Positions 35,690-48,930 of a stretch of 64,000 bases of DNA are shown one piece after another. The DNA is taken from contig NC_042997.1 of NCBI RefSeq assembly GCF_006345805.1, forward strand, positions 140,430,001-140,494,000. Direction: 5' to 3'. The notes beneath the pieces are model-generated. The model saw only the letters and a list, made by a program, of their open reading frames with translations, had not been told where the DNA came from and searched no databases. This stretch comes from Octopus sinensis. Taxonomy: Eukaryota. Every line of letters starts with the position of its first letter. Position 1 is the stretch's first letter. Both the position numbers and the translations under genes were made by a program.

Positions 35690-37254
35690 ACAATCTCACA
35701 GTTCATACTTATATGATTAATCCTCTGCGTAAATGAATTACCATCCCACCAGACCGCTTCCTGGGTTTATTCACTTACGTGAATTTTGGTATTTTTATGC
35801 AGCTTCAATTTGGCAACAGAAGTCCAGTTGAATGAATTTTACATGTATTGAATTCACCAAACTAGCTGACGATTGTAAAGATTGCAATTGTCATTTTTCA
35901 CAATTTAATCAACGTAGCAGAAAGAGTTAATAACAAGGTTCTCGAAAACGTGTTTTAGCGACATCATGTTGCAATAGAAGGCAGTACCTAGATGGCATTT
36001 TTGGGCAGCCGCTGAATACATATATAAAGTCTTCCAAAAAATGTACCATAATCAACATTTTTGACTGCATCTTGGGGTTCCAAAGGCTTTACAATCTCTT
36101 TTGTTTATTGGGATTTTGTAACAATCTCCTGCTTTTGTGCTGCAAATGCAGCCTTTAAAGTATGATATGATGTAGCGGTAGCAAATCCAAGAAAGACTGC
36201 ATTTCATTGTTGTCATTTTTATGAGGTGCAGCCTTCTTGCATTCTTGACCGCTACATCGCATTACACTCCGAAAGCTATGCATATGTAATCCATATGTAT
36301 GAATGCGTAAAGACTGTGCGATGCGAGGTAACGAGAATGGTTCCTTAGTACATCACACGGTCGATACATTAAATATATAAAGAATACATATATGTGCCAG
36401 TGGGGAAAAAGGGAGATACAACTAAGTGGAATGTGTAAGAGAAGATTTATTGATATGTTAACATGAGTCTGTGTGTGTGTCATGTATACAGAATAATAGA
36501 ACAAAATGTATGTATGTATAGGCATGAATGTATGCGTGTGCGTTAAGTACATATAAGAATAGCAATGAAGGAAATAGTGAAAGAGTCTATAGTGAGAAGT
36601 TAGACGAATGTTCATAGACACAAGACATGAGAGTACCAGTTTGTAGTCAATTGTACACGGTAGTTGAAATACTGTATCAAGAAGTTGCGGCCAAGATGCG
36701 GAGCCGGTTGCGGTATATGTACAAAGTTGTTGCTGTAATGCTGCTGCCTGGATTACTTGGCAAAAGAGTTCTTGCAGGTTGTATATTTGCTGTTGATCCA
36801 TGGTGAAGTAATTCACGAACAGTACTGTGTTGAAACCCGGGCAAATTACTTGTTGAGCTATGTACATAGAGATGATGTTGACGACATTAAGAAGATGATG
36901 GTGGCGACGAAGAAAGAAATTGCCATAATGCTGTTGGACGGGTGTTGTCGTCTGGGACTGGCTGTGTCTTGTATGGTCAGTGGCTAAACCTTAAAAGGTC
37001 TGGAACCAAATACATCGAGACTAGGAGAAACTGGGTTTTTATTAGCTGTAGGTTCAAACTGGGTTGAGAACAGGCTGTCTCACGTGATCCTTTTTAGAGC
37101 TCTGATTGGTTTTACGCTGCAGATTGGCGCAACAGAGTAAGAGACAAATTGCGTCAATACCAAATAGCAGTCAAAAGTTAGCTGTTACCTGCAACGTTCG
37201 AAAGCATGTATATATAATAAAGGGGAGGGGGTATTTCACTCGAGTGTACGCTAC
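35690..37254 (-). pseudogene. Possible highly decayed Gypsy remnant (LTR-like, gag-like, RT and integrase traces)
   Basis: Minus strand has EAVWWDG..QRINHISMNCEI(C) (integrase HHCC-like), NEMQSF/LGFAT (RT-like), MDQQQ..WPQLLDTVFQL (gag-like), and TGTAGC at 37254. Confidence 0.35.
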
Positions 37255-37267
37255 AAATGTGTTGATT

Positions 37268-37390
37268 ATTCTTAAATAAGAATTTTATCGGTAATGACAA
37301 CGAAGTTTTGGCCAGTTAAGCCATCGTCGGACGATGGCTTAAGTGGCCAAAACTTCGATGTCATTACCGATAAAATTCTTATTTAAGAAT
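37268..37390. repeat. 61-bp-arm palindrome derived from a degenerate hammerhead motif
   Basis: Arms 37268-37328 and 37330-37390, 2 mismatches, 1-nt centre; arms read (ct)GACGA-TGGC..GCC-AAAA-C..G-TC. Confidence 0.75.
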
Positions 37391-37649
37391 TATAATTTTG
37401 ATTTCTACCTAAGTATAGAGTTATTCATCAGATTAATGTAAAATTATTTTTATATTAATTGAACATAAAAATAAACATTTATATATGTTTTACATAAGTT
37501 CTTTTTGGAAAAGTTCAAGCATATCACTAACGAAGCGACAAGACTGTTTGAGTTAAGAGTTGTAAGTATGTGGTTGAGTTGGTGTGTTGGCTGAATTGTC
37601 GGGGCAGACATCCAAGTGTGTGCATCTATCCACATAAGAGTCTCAGATG

Positions 37650-37979
37650 GAGATTTTTTGGAATGCCCTACAAATCTTGACTGTGCTACTAATAAATTTG
37701 GATTTGGAGAATCTGCGCCAGTCTCTTTTATTCTCTGTCCGTGAAACTGAGTATTTCTTCTTCTTTTTTTTTTTGGCAACTCTGTTGGTACATAACCTGA
37801 TGCACCAATGATAATAGGTACAAATGAGAATTCATAGTTAGCGTAGAAGAACTGAAAGTTCCGCATTGATTCGCCATAAATATTCTCTTTTTCCTGGACT
37901 TTTAATTGTACATTCACATCTACTGGGCAGCTCACCTCTATAACAGTGCATGACTTTTGTTCCCTGTCCCACAGGACAG
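37650..37979 (-). pseudogene. 3' fragment (RLE domain) of a second RLE-type non-LTR retrotransposon
   Basis: VLWDREQKSCTVIEVSCPVDVNVQLKVQEKENIYG..FVPIIIGASGYVP..LQIQ/ISSTVKICRAF. Confidence 0.75.
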
Positions 37980-40041
37980 TATGTATGTATGTATGTATGT
38001 ATGTATGTATGTATGTATGTATGTATGTATGTATGTGTGTATGTATGTATGCATGTATGCATGTTTGTATGTATGTATGTATGCATGTTTGTATGTATGT
38101 TTGTATGTATGTACGTATACACACGCACACATAGACATGTGTGCGTTTCATAGAACATTTATAAAACCACGTAGAACTACTCACACGTAACAGCTGACCT
38201 AGGATCCAACAATTCCGTAGCTAATATACAATATCCTGTAAATTGTTAAACAAAGCAATTCAATAGTAACCCAGAAAAATTATGCAATATTTTTAATCCT
38301 AAATATTTTATAATTTGGTAATTCTAAATATTCCATAATTTGTATTCTACGACTTATAGAATATTCAAAATGGGTAGCAGCTGTCTCATGTTTCACTGAT
38401 GGAAATAGCAATAAACTTAAAGGAGAAGCTTAATGAATTTACGCACAAACTTCTGGTGGTGTGTTCTTGACCCAGAAAACACTAAAATGTTCAGCTATGC
38501 AATTGTAGCAATATCGTCTCTCAGTGCTATCTTCACTGTTTGAGAAATGTATATAGAATGACCTCGGTCGAGATTACAAACAGCTTTGGCTGGTTCAACA
38601 TTGATGTAAACACTAATTCGATTGGCTGACACGTTGGTCTCTACTACGCTCGCACCGCTGGTTATAACTTGGCGCAAAATGTCTCGACTTATTTTCGCGC
38701 CATAGTGCCAAGCAGCCAATCACAGCTTTCCATTTCTGAAGTTCACTGGGAGCCTGGTGAACCTTATAAATAAGGTTTCTCAGAAGAATATTGGTTTTGA
38801 GGTTTCCAGTCCTTCTCAGGGGCGAACCTCTGACCACACAGCTCGTCGTAGGCTTTTAGTTCTTTTCAGAACTAAGTCTCTGACCACACAGAGAATACTC
38901 GACCAAGTTCCAGTTTCGAGGCAAGCGACCACCATTAATACAAGATGTTACAGATACCTAACATACTGTTAGTGTGAAATATCACCATGAAGAAAACGGT
39001 TACAAGATATCTATAACTAGAGAAAAATAACCAAGCAGAACATATGATGAAGAAGCAGCAAGAACCAATCGACAAACATCGAAGATTTAAATTGTACACG
39101 AGACAACTACAGATTCAACTATAGCGGTTAGGTGAAATTCTCGCCACGAAGAAAACGGCTACAGAAACATGTCTGGAAGTATATTCAGATCAAGAGAAAG
39201 ATAAACACAACGAGTGGTTCAATTAATCTCAACTGCGACACGCAATATCTTGATATGGAAGTCTGACGCTGTACCTCATAAACGGTAAATCAATTATCTG
39301 TTCTTGGGTTCTAGTTTCTTCTAAGAACTACCTTAAGCCATCTGTTATTACCTGTTGCCAAGCCGATACCAACAACATTAACTGTGAATCAAATCCCATC
39401 GACAATTCACTGGTCAGTACCTTTTTACGCCTAACGAACACACAGACACAAAAACATGCGAACACTTACAAACTTCCAACATCAAACATGATTGTAAAAT
39501 ATGTAAAATAAATAATGTATATATCTTAAAAAGAAATCTTGTTGTCATTCCAAACTTATGTGTATTGCCGCTGCATGTAAAATATAGTCAGTAAAATATA
39601 TTAATAAGAATAGGACAACGTTACTATTTTTATACAATAAAGAAATTCATTTCCCAGGGATGTCTTCAGCATGAATTACACCTAGATGTGACAGTGTTGT
39701 AAGATGTTTGCGTCTCAACCACGTGGTTTTGGTAGACGGAAACTGAAAGAAGTCCTTCGTGTGTGAATATGTACACACATGCATACAAGCATTCTTGCAT
39801 GCATGTATGATGTATGTACGTACATTTGTATGTACCTTTGTCTGTCTGTCTGTCTGTATGTATGTATGTATGTATGTATGTATGCGTATCTTTGTGTTTG
39901 TCTTCCACCACCACTTGACAACCAGTGTTTGTTTACGCTCACATAAATTAGCTGTTGAACCAAAGAGTCTGATAAAATAGGTACAAGCTTATAAAAAATA
40001 CGTACTGGGGTTGATTTATTCATCTATACCTATCAAGGTAG

Positions 40042-40723
40042 GGATCGTTTCACTTTGACCGGCAGATTTAAAAAATAATTTCTTTGTAACTAAACACTTT
40101 TAAACTTCGTATACTGGCAGAATGTGTTACATAAAACATCTTTTTCGCTTGGCTTTCTTGAGAAAATTCTGTAGTTTGTAAGCTATTTGTTGTTAAATTT
40201 CTTGCATTTCGGCAATTTCAACCAATCAATGACTTCTATTGAGGTGAATACAATTTCTGCTGTTGTTTGTCAACAAGTTGAACAAGTACTTCCGGCGGCG
40301 TAGCTGTCACTTATAAACCCACATGGGTTTATTTACATTTCTGAAGAAAAAAGAAACCCTTCCCCCCACCCTTAACCCTACCTCTAACCCTAACACTAAC
40401 CCCACAATCTTTTATTCATACGAACGTGACTGATATGAAATATGCCATAAATAACAGTGACAAACTAAATAGAGACCGCAGGAAGTTGTTGTTGACAAAC
40501 AACAGCAGAAATTATATTCACCTCAATAGACGTCATTGATTGGTTGAAATTGCCGAAATGCAAGAAATTTAACAACAAATAGCTTACAAACTACAGAATT
40601 TTCTCAAGAAAGCCAAGCGAAAAAGATGTTTTATGTAACACATTCTACCAGTATACGAAGTTTAAAAGTGTTTAGTTACAAAGAAATTATTTTTTAAATC
40701 TGCCGGTCAAAGTGAAAAGATCC
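40042..40723. mobile_element. Merlin-like fold-back MITE inserted in a family-1 SINE
   Basis: GGATC...GATCC termini, exact 8-bp TSD CAAGGTAG (40034-40041 and 40724-40731), ~235-bp inverted arms; related to 28266-28695. Confidence 0.85.
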
Positions 40724-41263
40724 CAAGGTAGTGCTCCAGCATTGTCGCAGTCAAATGACTAAAACAAATGAAAGAGAAATCAGCTACAAACTTTCATAGC
40801 AAACTGCCCTACCCTTCTCATAACTTTGTAGTTGTCTTGATATATCTTTTGTTTTTTTTTCCTTTAGTATTCCTGTAGTTAAAACAACTAGCATAAAAAA
40901 AAAAATTCATTACTCTATTCCCCATCCCTTCATGTTTCGGTGTAGGTACCCCAATCCATTCCTTTTCGTTTATCCATGTTTTTTTCCCTTTTTAAAAATT
41001 TTTTGAAATATATATATATATACCTCGTTCAGAGATTTATTATTGCTTATATATATATGTAAGTGGTTTTAATGATTCTAACAATTTATATTAATGTTTT
41101 TTTTTTTAATAACTATTTGTATTCTTATCTTAAATGTATTGAATTTTATACTGTATATAATGTATGTTATTATGGTTGTAGTTTTGTTAATTAAATAAGA
41201 CAACATTCCAATATCCTAAAGCTGATAAACCAACTGAGTTTCTACATTTTCTTATTTGTAATG

Positions 41264-41298
<35 letters not shown>

Positions 41299-41439
41299 AT
41301 AAATATATCTGTATATGTATATGTTTGTGTGTTTGTGTTTGTCCCTCACCAAATGATGATTTGAAAATGGGCTTTCAAATCATCATGTATCAGCTGCAGT
41401 TGTTGAACATAAAGATTAGCTTCACAGTATGATCATTTG

Positions 41440-41990
41440 AGACAAGCTCAAAGTGCAACATCTCAAAATCCTATCAAACACACTACATAGTCTTCTGGTC
41501 AAACTGCCCTTGTTCGACTATAGATTCTGGAGCATGGCCAGAACGACACAACAGATTTCTCTTTTTAGGATTACAAAAATAGATCTATTTCTCATCTCTA
41601 GTTACAATTCAACACCAAAACCAGATATCACAAGGATTTGGCAGCATTTGTTTGCAAATGTTTGCACGTTGTTGAGCCTGATCATTGGTCATTTCATGAG
41701 GTGCTCCTCGACAGTGTCTGTTCACAAGGCTGAGCTAATGGAAATGTTGATTGAAGGGGCTTTGTGAAGGACTAAGTTCTGCCGACAATGGACGAGTGCT
41801 TGTGCTTAGTCTCATCTTCCACAAGAGTAGGTCTTCCTGACTTTGGTTTATCTTCAAGGCTGGAATCACTTTCATTGAAACGTCTGAACCAATTTTGTGA
41901 CAGTTTCTGGGTCATCCACATAATTCATTTCTTTGATCACTGTCTGTGCAATCAGACCATTTTTTTTTTCCCCACAGATTGCATAAAATG
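41440..41990 (-). pseudogene. Mariner transposase remnant
   Basis: WFRRFNESDSSLEDKPKSGRP, APHEMTNDQAQQRANICKQ, IVTRDEK*IYFCNP; many stops. Confidence 0.8.
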
Positions 41991-42498
41991 GTTTTAATTA
42001 CAACTTTTCACTCATTATCAAGGCTGTAAAATAAAGCATAAACAATGCTGATATGTTTCGTTTTTGGATTTGGTTTACAAGATTTTTTATTTGAGTTCGT
42101 AGGAAAATAAAAATAAGAAATAAGTGGAAATTTTACCGGTGAGTGTGTTACATTATAAGGCACAAAAAGAAAATGACTCTCCCCAGACACAACAGAAAAT
42201 GCTGATATGTTATATATGAAAATAAAGAATAAACAATTCAGTAACGACTGGACAATAAATTATATCAAATTAATGACTTAACATTGAGATACAAGTTACT
42301 GAAAATCATTAGTGAAAATCCTAAAAAAAACTTGACTCAACCTGGTACTACTGCTTTTTTTAGACTCTCTGCTCTATATATCTTCCTATTGCTCACTCCC
42401 TTTCATTATTATATGCTGCCTCCTTTTTTCTTTCTCATCTCTGTCTGTCTATCTACTATCTATCTATCTCTCTCTCTGTCTATCTATCTATCTATCTT

Positions 42499-42537
<39 letters not shown>

Positions 42538-42632
42538 CTGTTACTTTTTCATTTTCCTCTTTTTCACTCTCTTTTAACTTTAATTTGTTTTCCTCAATGA
42601 CTACTAATCGTTACATAGATATCACCGTGTAA

Positions 42633-42678
<46 letters not shown>

Positions 42679-42693
42679 CACACATGTATGCGC

Positions 42694-42739
<46 letters not shown>

Positions 42740-43329
42740 CCTAACAGTTCCTCATGAAAATTTGCCAGCGCCTGAAACATAAGAAACATGTGCAGTAAAA
42801 AAAAAAAGGAGAGAAAGGAAGAAAAATAAACAATATCAAAGAGGGGTGAATGAAGAAGAGGGAACATTGTATTCTCTTAGTTGGACGCTATTCATATATT
42901 TTTCTATCTCTCCATCTCCCTCTCTCTTACAACCTTACTTTCATCATTTCTCCCTCTCTCTTTCTTAACATTTACTGTTTCTCATAAGAAATTGTTGGTG
43001 TGTCTGAAATTTGACATCAAAAGTTATTTTATTAATACTCATAGTATCTATCACAAAAATACAGTGTTTACATTTTGAGTGACAGAAACTTTACATGTTC
43101 TGTCATTCAAATCGCCAACATCTTACATTTCTCGAAAACATGTTTTTACAATTCCTCTTTAATCTTAATAGCTACAGATCCATAGAAGACAGTAATACTT
43201 TCCGTCTACAACATCGTGTAGCTTCTTAAATTGCCATCTTTTCTCTTTTTTTCCTAAAAGTGTTTTCCGCTGTGGTATATTAGGAAAGACACTTGCTTAC
43301 AGTTGCTTTTTTAATAAGTTGTTTCTGAC

Positions 43330-43935
43330 TATAAAGCAAAGAAAAGATGCAACCCTACCTATAACATGTTCTGCTACCAAATGCTGCAGAAACAAATGAA
43401 CAGAATTAACAAAGACCTCAAGCTAATGCTGACCGGAATGGATCTCACAGAAAACTTGGCATTGATAGTGAAAGTGACACTTGCCATAAACAAGATGGTA
43501 TCGGATAGGGTGTCTCTAGACGATTGGAAATGCCTGATAAATGGCAGGTTCACCTTCAACAGAATGCTACCAAACAGGCTGCATACAGAAATCATGAAAT
43601 TTCACAACAGTGCAAGGCCAGGCAGAAAACTCAGAGAGCAAGACAGGCAGAAGCTAGATTGTAGCCATACACATATGAGCTGTGGACAAAAAATATGCTT
43701 GGCTATGATCCTGGACATCACTATGCTCCTGAAAAAATAGTCTCAATTGATATCATATCCAAAATTTGTGACAAGTGTTTAACCAAAATATGGAAACAAG
43801 AGATAAATGCAATGTGTTATTACAATGGAAAAGTTAATCCACCAGAGCCTCTAAAATGATTTCTTATTGTCACTACTGAAGAATCCATACATTTTTTGAG
43901 GAACATCAGAAAATATAGCTTTGCTTTCAAAATAG
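43330..43935 (+). pseudogene. Helitron Rep N-terminal remnant
   Basis: LGYDP..ICDKCLTKIWKQE..MCYYNGKV.PPEPLK..HFLRNIRKY (~43690-43935). Confidence 0.7.
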
Positions 43936-44140
43936 TGAAATTGAAGGTACCTTTAAGATAACACCTAGTAATAATACTGATTATAATGCTGCTAATAACT
44001 TTGGTTTAACACCAAATCCTGAGATTTAGTTAATACTAATTCCTTTAACCATGAATGCTACATACTTGTGAATAAATGCCTTTGTAAGTCCCAAACCAAG
44101 CTTATCTGTCCTTCATAAAATCACTGTTTAAGAAAGGATA

Positions 44141-44285
44141 TATTAGATTGTCCCAAAAGTTTGTAAACACTTGCGAAAATTGAATTTTTACTCGCCAAGT
44201 ACTAACAAAAACAACAAAAATTATTCCTCAAAATAAAGACCATTATTTTCCAAGACTTTCTACGAACTTTTGGGACAACCTTATA
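44141..44285. mobile_element. Short Tc1/mariner MITE
   Basis: TIRs TTAGATTGTCCCAAAAGTTTGTA / TACGAACTTTTGGGACAACCTTA; TA flanks. Confidence 0.7.
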
Positions 44286-44739
44286 GTATACCAATGTATG
44301 GTAATTGTAGGGGATCAAACATATTACTACATAGGTTCTCTTGCAAAAAATTGAAGTCTAGATTACATGACCATTCTTCTTCATTTAAGTTAAGGATGAA
44401 ATAAATGCATTTTGAATTTGAAAGACAGGAACATTAACTATGATATAAAGTAGTCCATTATTAATTATGCTCCATTGAACAATACCAGAAATTTTAAATG
44501 TGATTCTTTCCTGGAGGAAATTATATAGTTACTTCAAAATTAGAATTATTAAATTGTAAAACCAGTCTTATGTTGAAATGTTCCCATTAATATAGAAAAA
44601 ACATCTAAATATTTCAATAATAAATAATGTCTCCATTATAATTGCTTTTTCTATAATCTAACAAGCATAAAATTTCCAGATTTTTTTAAAGCATACACAG
44701 ATAGCTAGATAACTAAATGTTGTTGTTTGTTCCTTCTCA

Positions 44740-45023
44740 AGCCATGCCTAGCTCATAGGGCCGGTTTCCTGGTTTCCTTGGTGTATAGGTTCCCAACCTA
44801 GATGGGAGGTTGATCCGTCACAAGTGAGCTGCAAGATGCAGGAGGAAAGAGTGAGAGAAAGTTGTAGCGAAAGAGTCAGCAAAAATTTGCCATTACCTTC
44901 TGCCAGAGCTGTGTGGAGCTTAGGTGTTTCGCTCATAAACACACACATTGCCCGGTCTGAGATTCGAACCTCCAATCCCTCAACTGTGAGTCCACTGCTC
45001 TAACCACTGGGCCATGTGCCTCC
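44740..45023 (-). mobile_element. tRNA-derived SINE (family 3)
   Basis: Minus strand GGAGGCACATGGCCCAGTGGTTAGAGC..GGTTCGAATC head. Confidence 0.75.
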
Positions 45024-45949
45024 ACAGATAACTAAATGTAGTGACACAAAATTTTTATGCTTAATTTTTATTCTTTCCTTATCTACTGACATCATAAGTT
45101 TAAATTCTAAACTGGCTTTTCTTAGAATATATTGTTTCATAACATTCTTTTTTTGCATGTGTTCATGCATTGTAGATATTATTTCAGTTCACTTTGAATT
45201 TAACCTGTTTTGGGTTACATGGATAACATTGTGTTAACATAATTTTGGAGGTATATTGGCTTCGTTGGTATTTTGTACCTATTTCTATATCTAAATGAGC
45301 TGGCACGATAGAAATGATTGTGGGAAATGTATGGTGTAATCATCAAATAAATGTGCAATTTTTTCCATTCTTATTCAGGTTGTTATACACACATACACAT
45401 ACACACACATGGTAAGAATGCTGGATGATAATTACGTAATCAATAAGCTTCATTCATTCAATAAGATTATTTTTTTTCAGCTCTGCAAATGCTTATGCGG
45501 TGAACACATGTAGCAACTAATTTGTTCACATAACAAAGTGACAAGTTCACCTAAATGACCTTGTTTCTTGCAAAGCAAATGACCTATTAGAGTTCACTAA
45601 TACTTATATTAGACATACGTACATCATTTTTTTTTTTGTCAGAATGCTGTTATACAGACAGAATTAATTCTTTCAACATACTAACTTATTTCATATATGC
45701 TAGTGGAGAAATAGATACACACACTCAGAGTCAGACATACACATGCACATTTATGCATGAGTATGTGTGTGTGTGTGCATCTGCATGTATGTGCATAATA
45801 CCACAACCATCATCGTAATAATTTTTGATGTTTGCTCTTCAATTGACAAGACTTGTTGAGGCAGTATTCTATTCCCAGATGTCCTCTGCCACTAAGCCTT
45901 TGTACAAGGGCATCAATGCTTGTATATACATCTGGTGGAGAAATATGGT

Positions 45950-46320
45950 AATCAGTTTGCACAGGAATGTGTCACACCCAATGTTTGGTACAGTAACATC
46001 ATTGTCAACTGTTACAAGGATAAAGGAGGTGCCTTAGAGAGTGACAGAAGAAATTACAAATGCTGGACCACATCATAAAGTTTAAGGAAAGAATTGAAGT
46101 TCAATTAGTTGAGTCCTGTTTAGCTACATTGTCCCTATTTAGTGGAAGGGTTTTTTTACTCTTGCAAGTTACATGAACCTCACTTGTGCTGGACATGAAA
46201 AGGCTCCAGTACACACTGTAAATTGGTTGGTGTATGAAGAAGAACACTGAGACCTGGAAATCATGAAAAATTAGAGATTGGTGAACAAAGCAGTATTTAG
46301 ATGCATTGCATTCTGTCAAA
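45950..46320 (+). pseudogene. RTE-like LINE reverse transcriptase fragment
   Basis: PNVWYSNIIVNCYKDKGGALE..RNY..LDHIIK and DMKKA.. resemble RTE IVxxYKGKGDALERGNYRG; degenerate. Confidence 0.55.
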
Positions 46321-46959
46321 CTGTCTAACTCAAGCCAGCATAACAGGTAGATGCTTAAAAATGATGACAATGATGATGATATATACATATATATGCACAT
46401 GTGTACGTGTGTGTGTATGTGTGTGTGCGTGCATGCTCGTGTGTGTCCTTGTTACATGATAGTTGTGAACAAGTGTTTACCATTACACAAGCTACATCAT
46501 TCATATTCAATCTCCCATGAAAACATGTCTGGCTGTGGCCATTGATGAACATTACCTTGTTTGATGACAGGAAAGGAATGCAGCCATAGAAGATCTGCAT
46601 CATTGAATTTTAACTGACCCATGCAAACATGGAAAAATGGATGTTAATATGATGATGATCATGATGATGATAAATGTGTGTGTGTGTGTGTGTGTGTGCG
46701 CGCACACACACATACATTCATATATAAATATGACGGTTAATTCTGTCAATTCTGATGTATGATAATTTGAAGGAACAGCTGAAAAAAAAGGAAGAAAGTA
46801 TTAAAAATAAAAGAATCTGCATCTATTTGTGATGGATGTGTGAATGTAATTTGAGTACGGAATAGATTTTGATATGAAGTCACAATGGGAACAATAATGA
46901 TTTTGAGTCTACCTGGGATTGGACAAATGGGTCTGTTGATTACAGGATATAATTTTGTT

Positions 46960-46997
<38 letters not shown>

Positions 46998-47044
46998 AAA
47001 GACCATAGGCATTGTTTTGGTACTCCTTTATTTTGTCTGTTATA

Positions 47045-47580
47045 TACATCATCATCATTTAATGTCCGTTGTCTATGCTGGCATGAGTTGGACAGTTGAC
47101 CAGGGCTGGCAAGCTGGGAGGCTGCACCAGATCCAGTCTGATTTGGCATGGTTACTACAGCTAGATGCCCTTCCTAATGCAAAACCCTCCATAGAGTGTA
47201 ATGGGTGCTTTTACATGCCACCGGCCATTTGCGTGACACCAGTATCTGTCACAACTGCAACTTTACTTGGCTTGATGGGTCTTCTTCTCAAGCACGACAT
47301 AATGCCAAGGGTCTCGGTCATTGCCTCAATGAGACCCAACACTTGAAATGAGCTTTTCATGTGCCACTGGCATCAGCACTTTGCCTCCATGAGGTCCAAT
47401 GCACAAAAGGTGCTTTTTACATGCCACCGGCATGGGTGCCAGTTATGTGACACTAGTATCAATCACAACTATGGTTTCACTTGGCTTGACAGTTCTTCTC
47501 AAGTAGAGCATATCGCCAAAGGTCTTGGTCACTAGTCGTTGCCTCTGTGAGGCCCAATATTCAGCAATACACCATCATGC
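47045..47580 (-). mobile_element. (GAT)n-tailed retroposon with internal repeats
   Basis: CATCATCAT tail, CAGCTAGATGCCCTTCCTAA motif and GGTGCTTTTACATGCCACCGGC repeats shared with 56605-57395. Confidence 0.6.
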
Positions 47581-47751
47581 TATAGATGCAACCAGTAGAT
47601 GCGCCTATATAAGACCATTATGGCAAGCCAACTTATCATCAGTTAAAGAGGAAATACTTGCTGAATATTGAAACTTATGTAACAGATGAAATAAAGGAGT
47701 ACCAAGTTATTGCCAATATTTTAATTTTTACTTATTTATCTATTTTTTAAG

Positions 47752-47985
47752 GGTGGAGAGCTGGCAGAATTGTTAGCACGCTGGGTGAAATGCTTAGTGG
47801 TATTTCATCTGCAGTTATGTCCTGAGTTCAAATTCTGCTGTGGTCGACTTTACCTTTCATCCTTTTGGGGGTTGATTAAATAAGTACCAGTTATGCCCTG
47901 GGGTTGATGTAATCAACTTAATTTGTCTGTCCTTGTTTGTCCCCACTATGTTTAGCCCCTCTCGTGGGTAATAAAGAAATAAATA
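47752..47985 (+). mobile_element. Family-2 tRNA-like SINE
   Basis: GAGCTGGCAGAA..GAGTTCAAATTC..TTTCATCC..GGGGTTGAT; other copies at 48262-48470 (-), 52772-52995, 59763-59970, 61625-62150, 62458-62660 (-). Confidence 0.75.
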
Positions 47986-48208
47986 TTTTTATCATTGCTA
48001 CGATCTTTGTCTTCTGTGACAGCTGACCCTCAGATACGAATGACCTGTGTGTACAAGTGACAGTGGGAAATAAATGCAATTAAAATTAGAGCCAAAACCT
48101 GAATGGTTTAATTGCTGTTTGTCAAATGCATCCAATTATGTGTATATGTGTGTGTGTTTCTCTCTCTCTATACACTCTATACATGCACATGTATAAGTGT
48201 ATGTGTCA

Positions 48209-48240
<32 letters not shown>

Positions 48241-48819
48241 GATGATGATGATGATGATAATCCTTATTACTATCGGTACAAGGCCTGAAATTTTGTAGGG
48301 AGGAAGCTAGTTGATTACATCAACCCAGTACTTGACTGATACTTATTTTATCGACCCTGAAAGGATGAAAGGCAAAGTCGACCTTGACAGAATTTGAACT
48401 CAGAATGTAGCGATGGGTGAAATACCACTAAGGATTTTGCTCTGTGTGCTAACAATTCTGCCAGCGATATTTATATTCAACTCAACAAGGGTGCTTCATT
48501 AAAACAATGAATACTGTTTTGTCTACCTTGAGAAGACCTCTCATATGGATGCATGGTGCACAAAAGCAGTCATATTTATATTATTGTTATAGCAGATGGT
48601 TTTCATCTGCCTATAATATAAATATGAGTGCTTATATGCACCATGCATCCATATAAGAGTTCCTCTCAAGGTAAATAACACTGTATTCATTGCTCTAACA
48701 AATATCCATGTTAAGTTGGATGTTAATCCAAACATGAAAACACAAAGAGAAAACACAACACGAGGACGTGGAACAAGTATAGTATTATTGGACGCTCAGG
48801 AAACAAGGAAAGAAGGAGG

Positions 48820-48854
48820 GTTTAACGTTTCAAGCGGAGCTCTTCGTCAGAAAC
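48820..48854 (-). ncRNA. Minimal hammerhead ribozyme in a PLE terminal fragment (~48720-48900)
   Basis: Minus strand GTTT-CTGACGA-A-GAGC(TCC)GCTT-GAAA-CG-TT-AAAC: stem I 4 bp, intact core, loopless ACGU stem III. Confidence 0.65.
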
Positions 48855-48930
48855 ATAGGAAAAGGGAAGACGGAGGAAAAAAATCGCCAACGGTACACAC
48901 GCGGTCACATTTTGAATATATATATATATA

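Noticed and set aside
36262-36867. 201-aa minus-strand ORF as a host gene
   Set aside because: The 3' half is low-complexity intergenic sequence; the 5' half is better explained as a decayed gag-like remnant.
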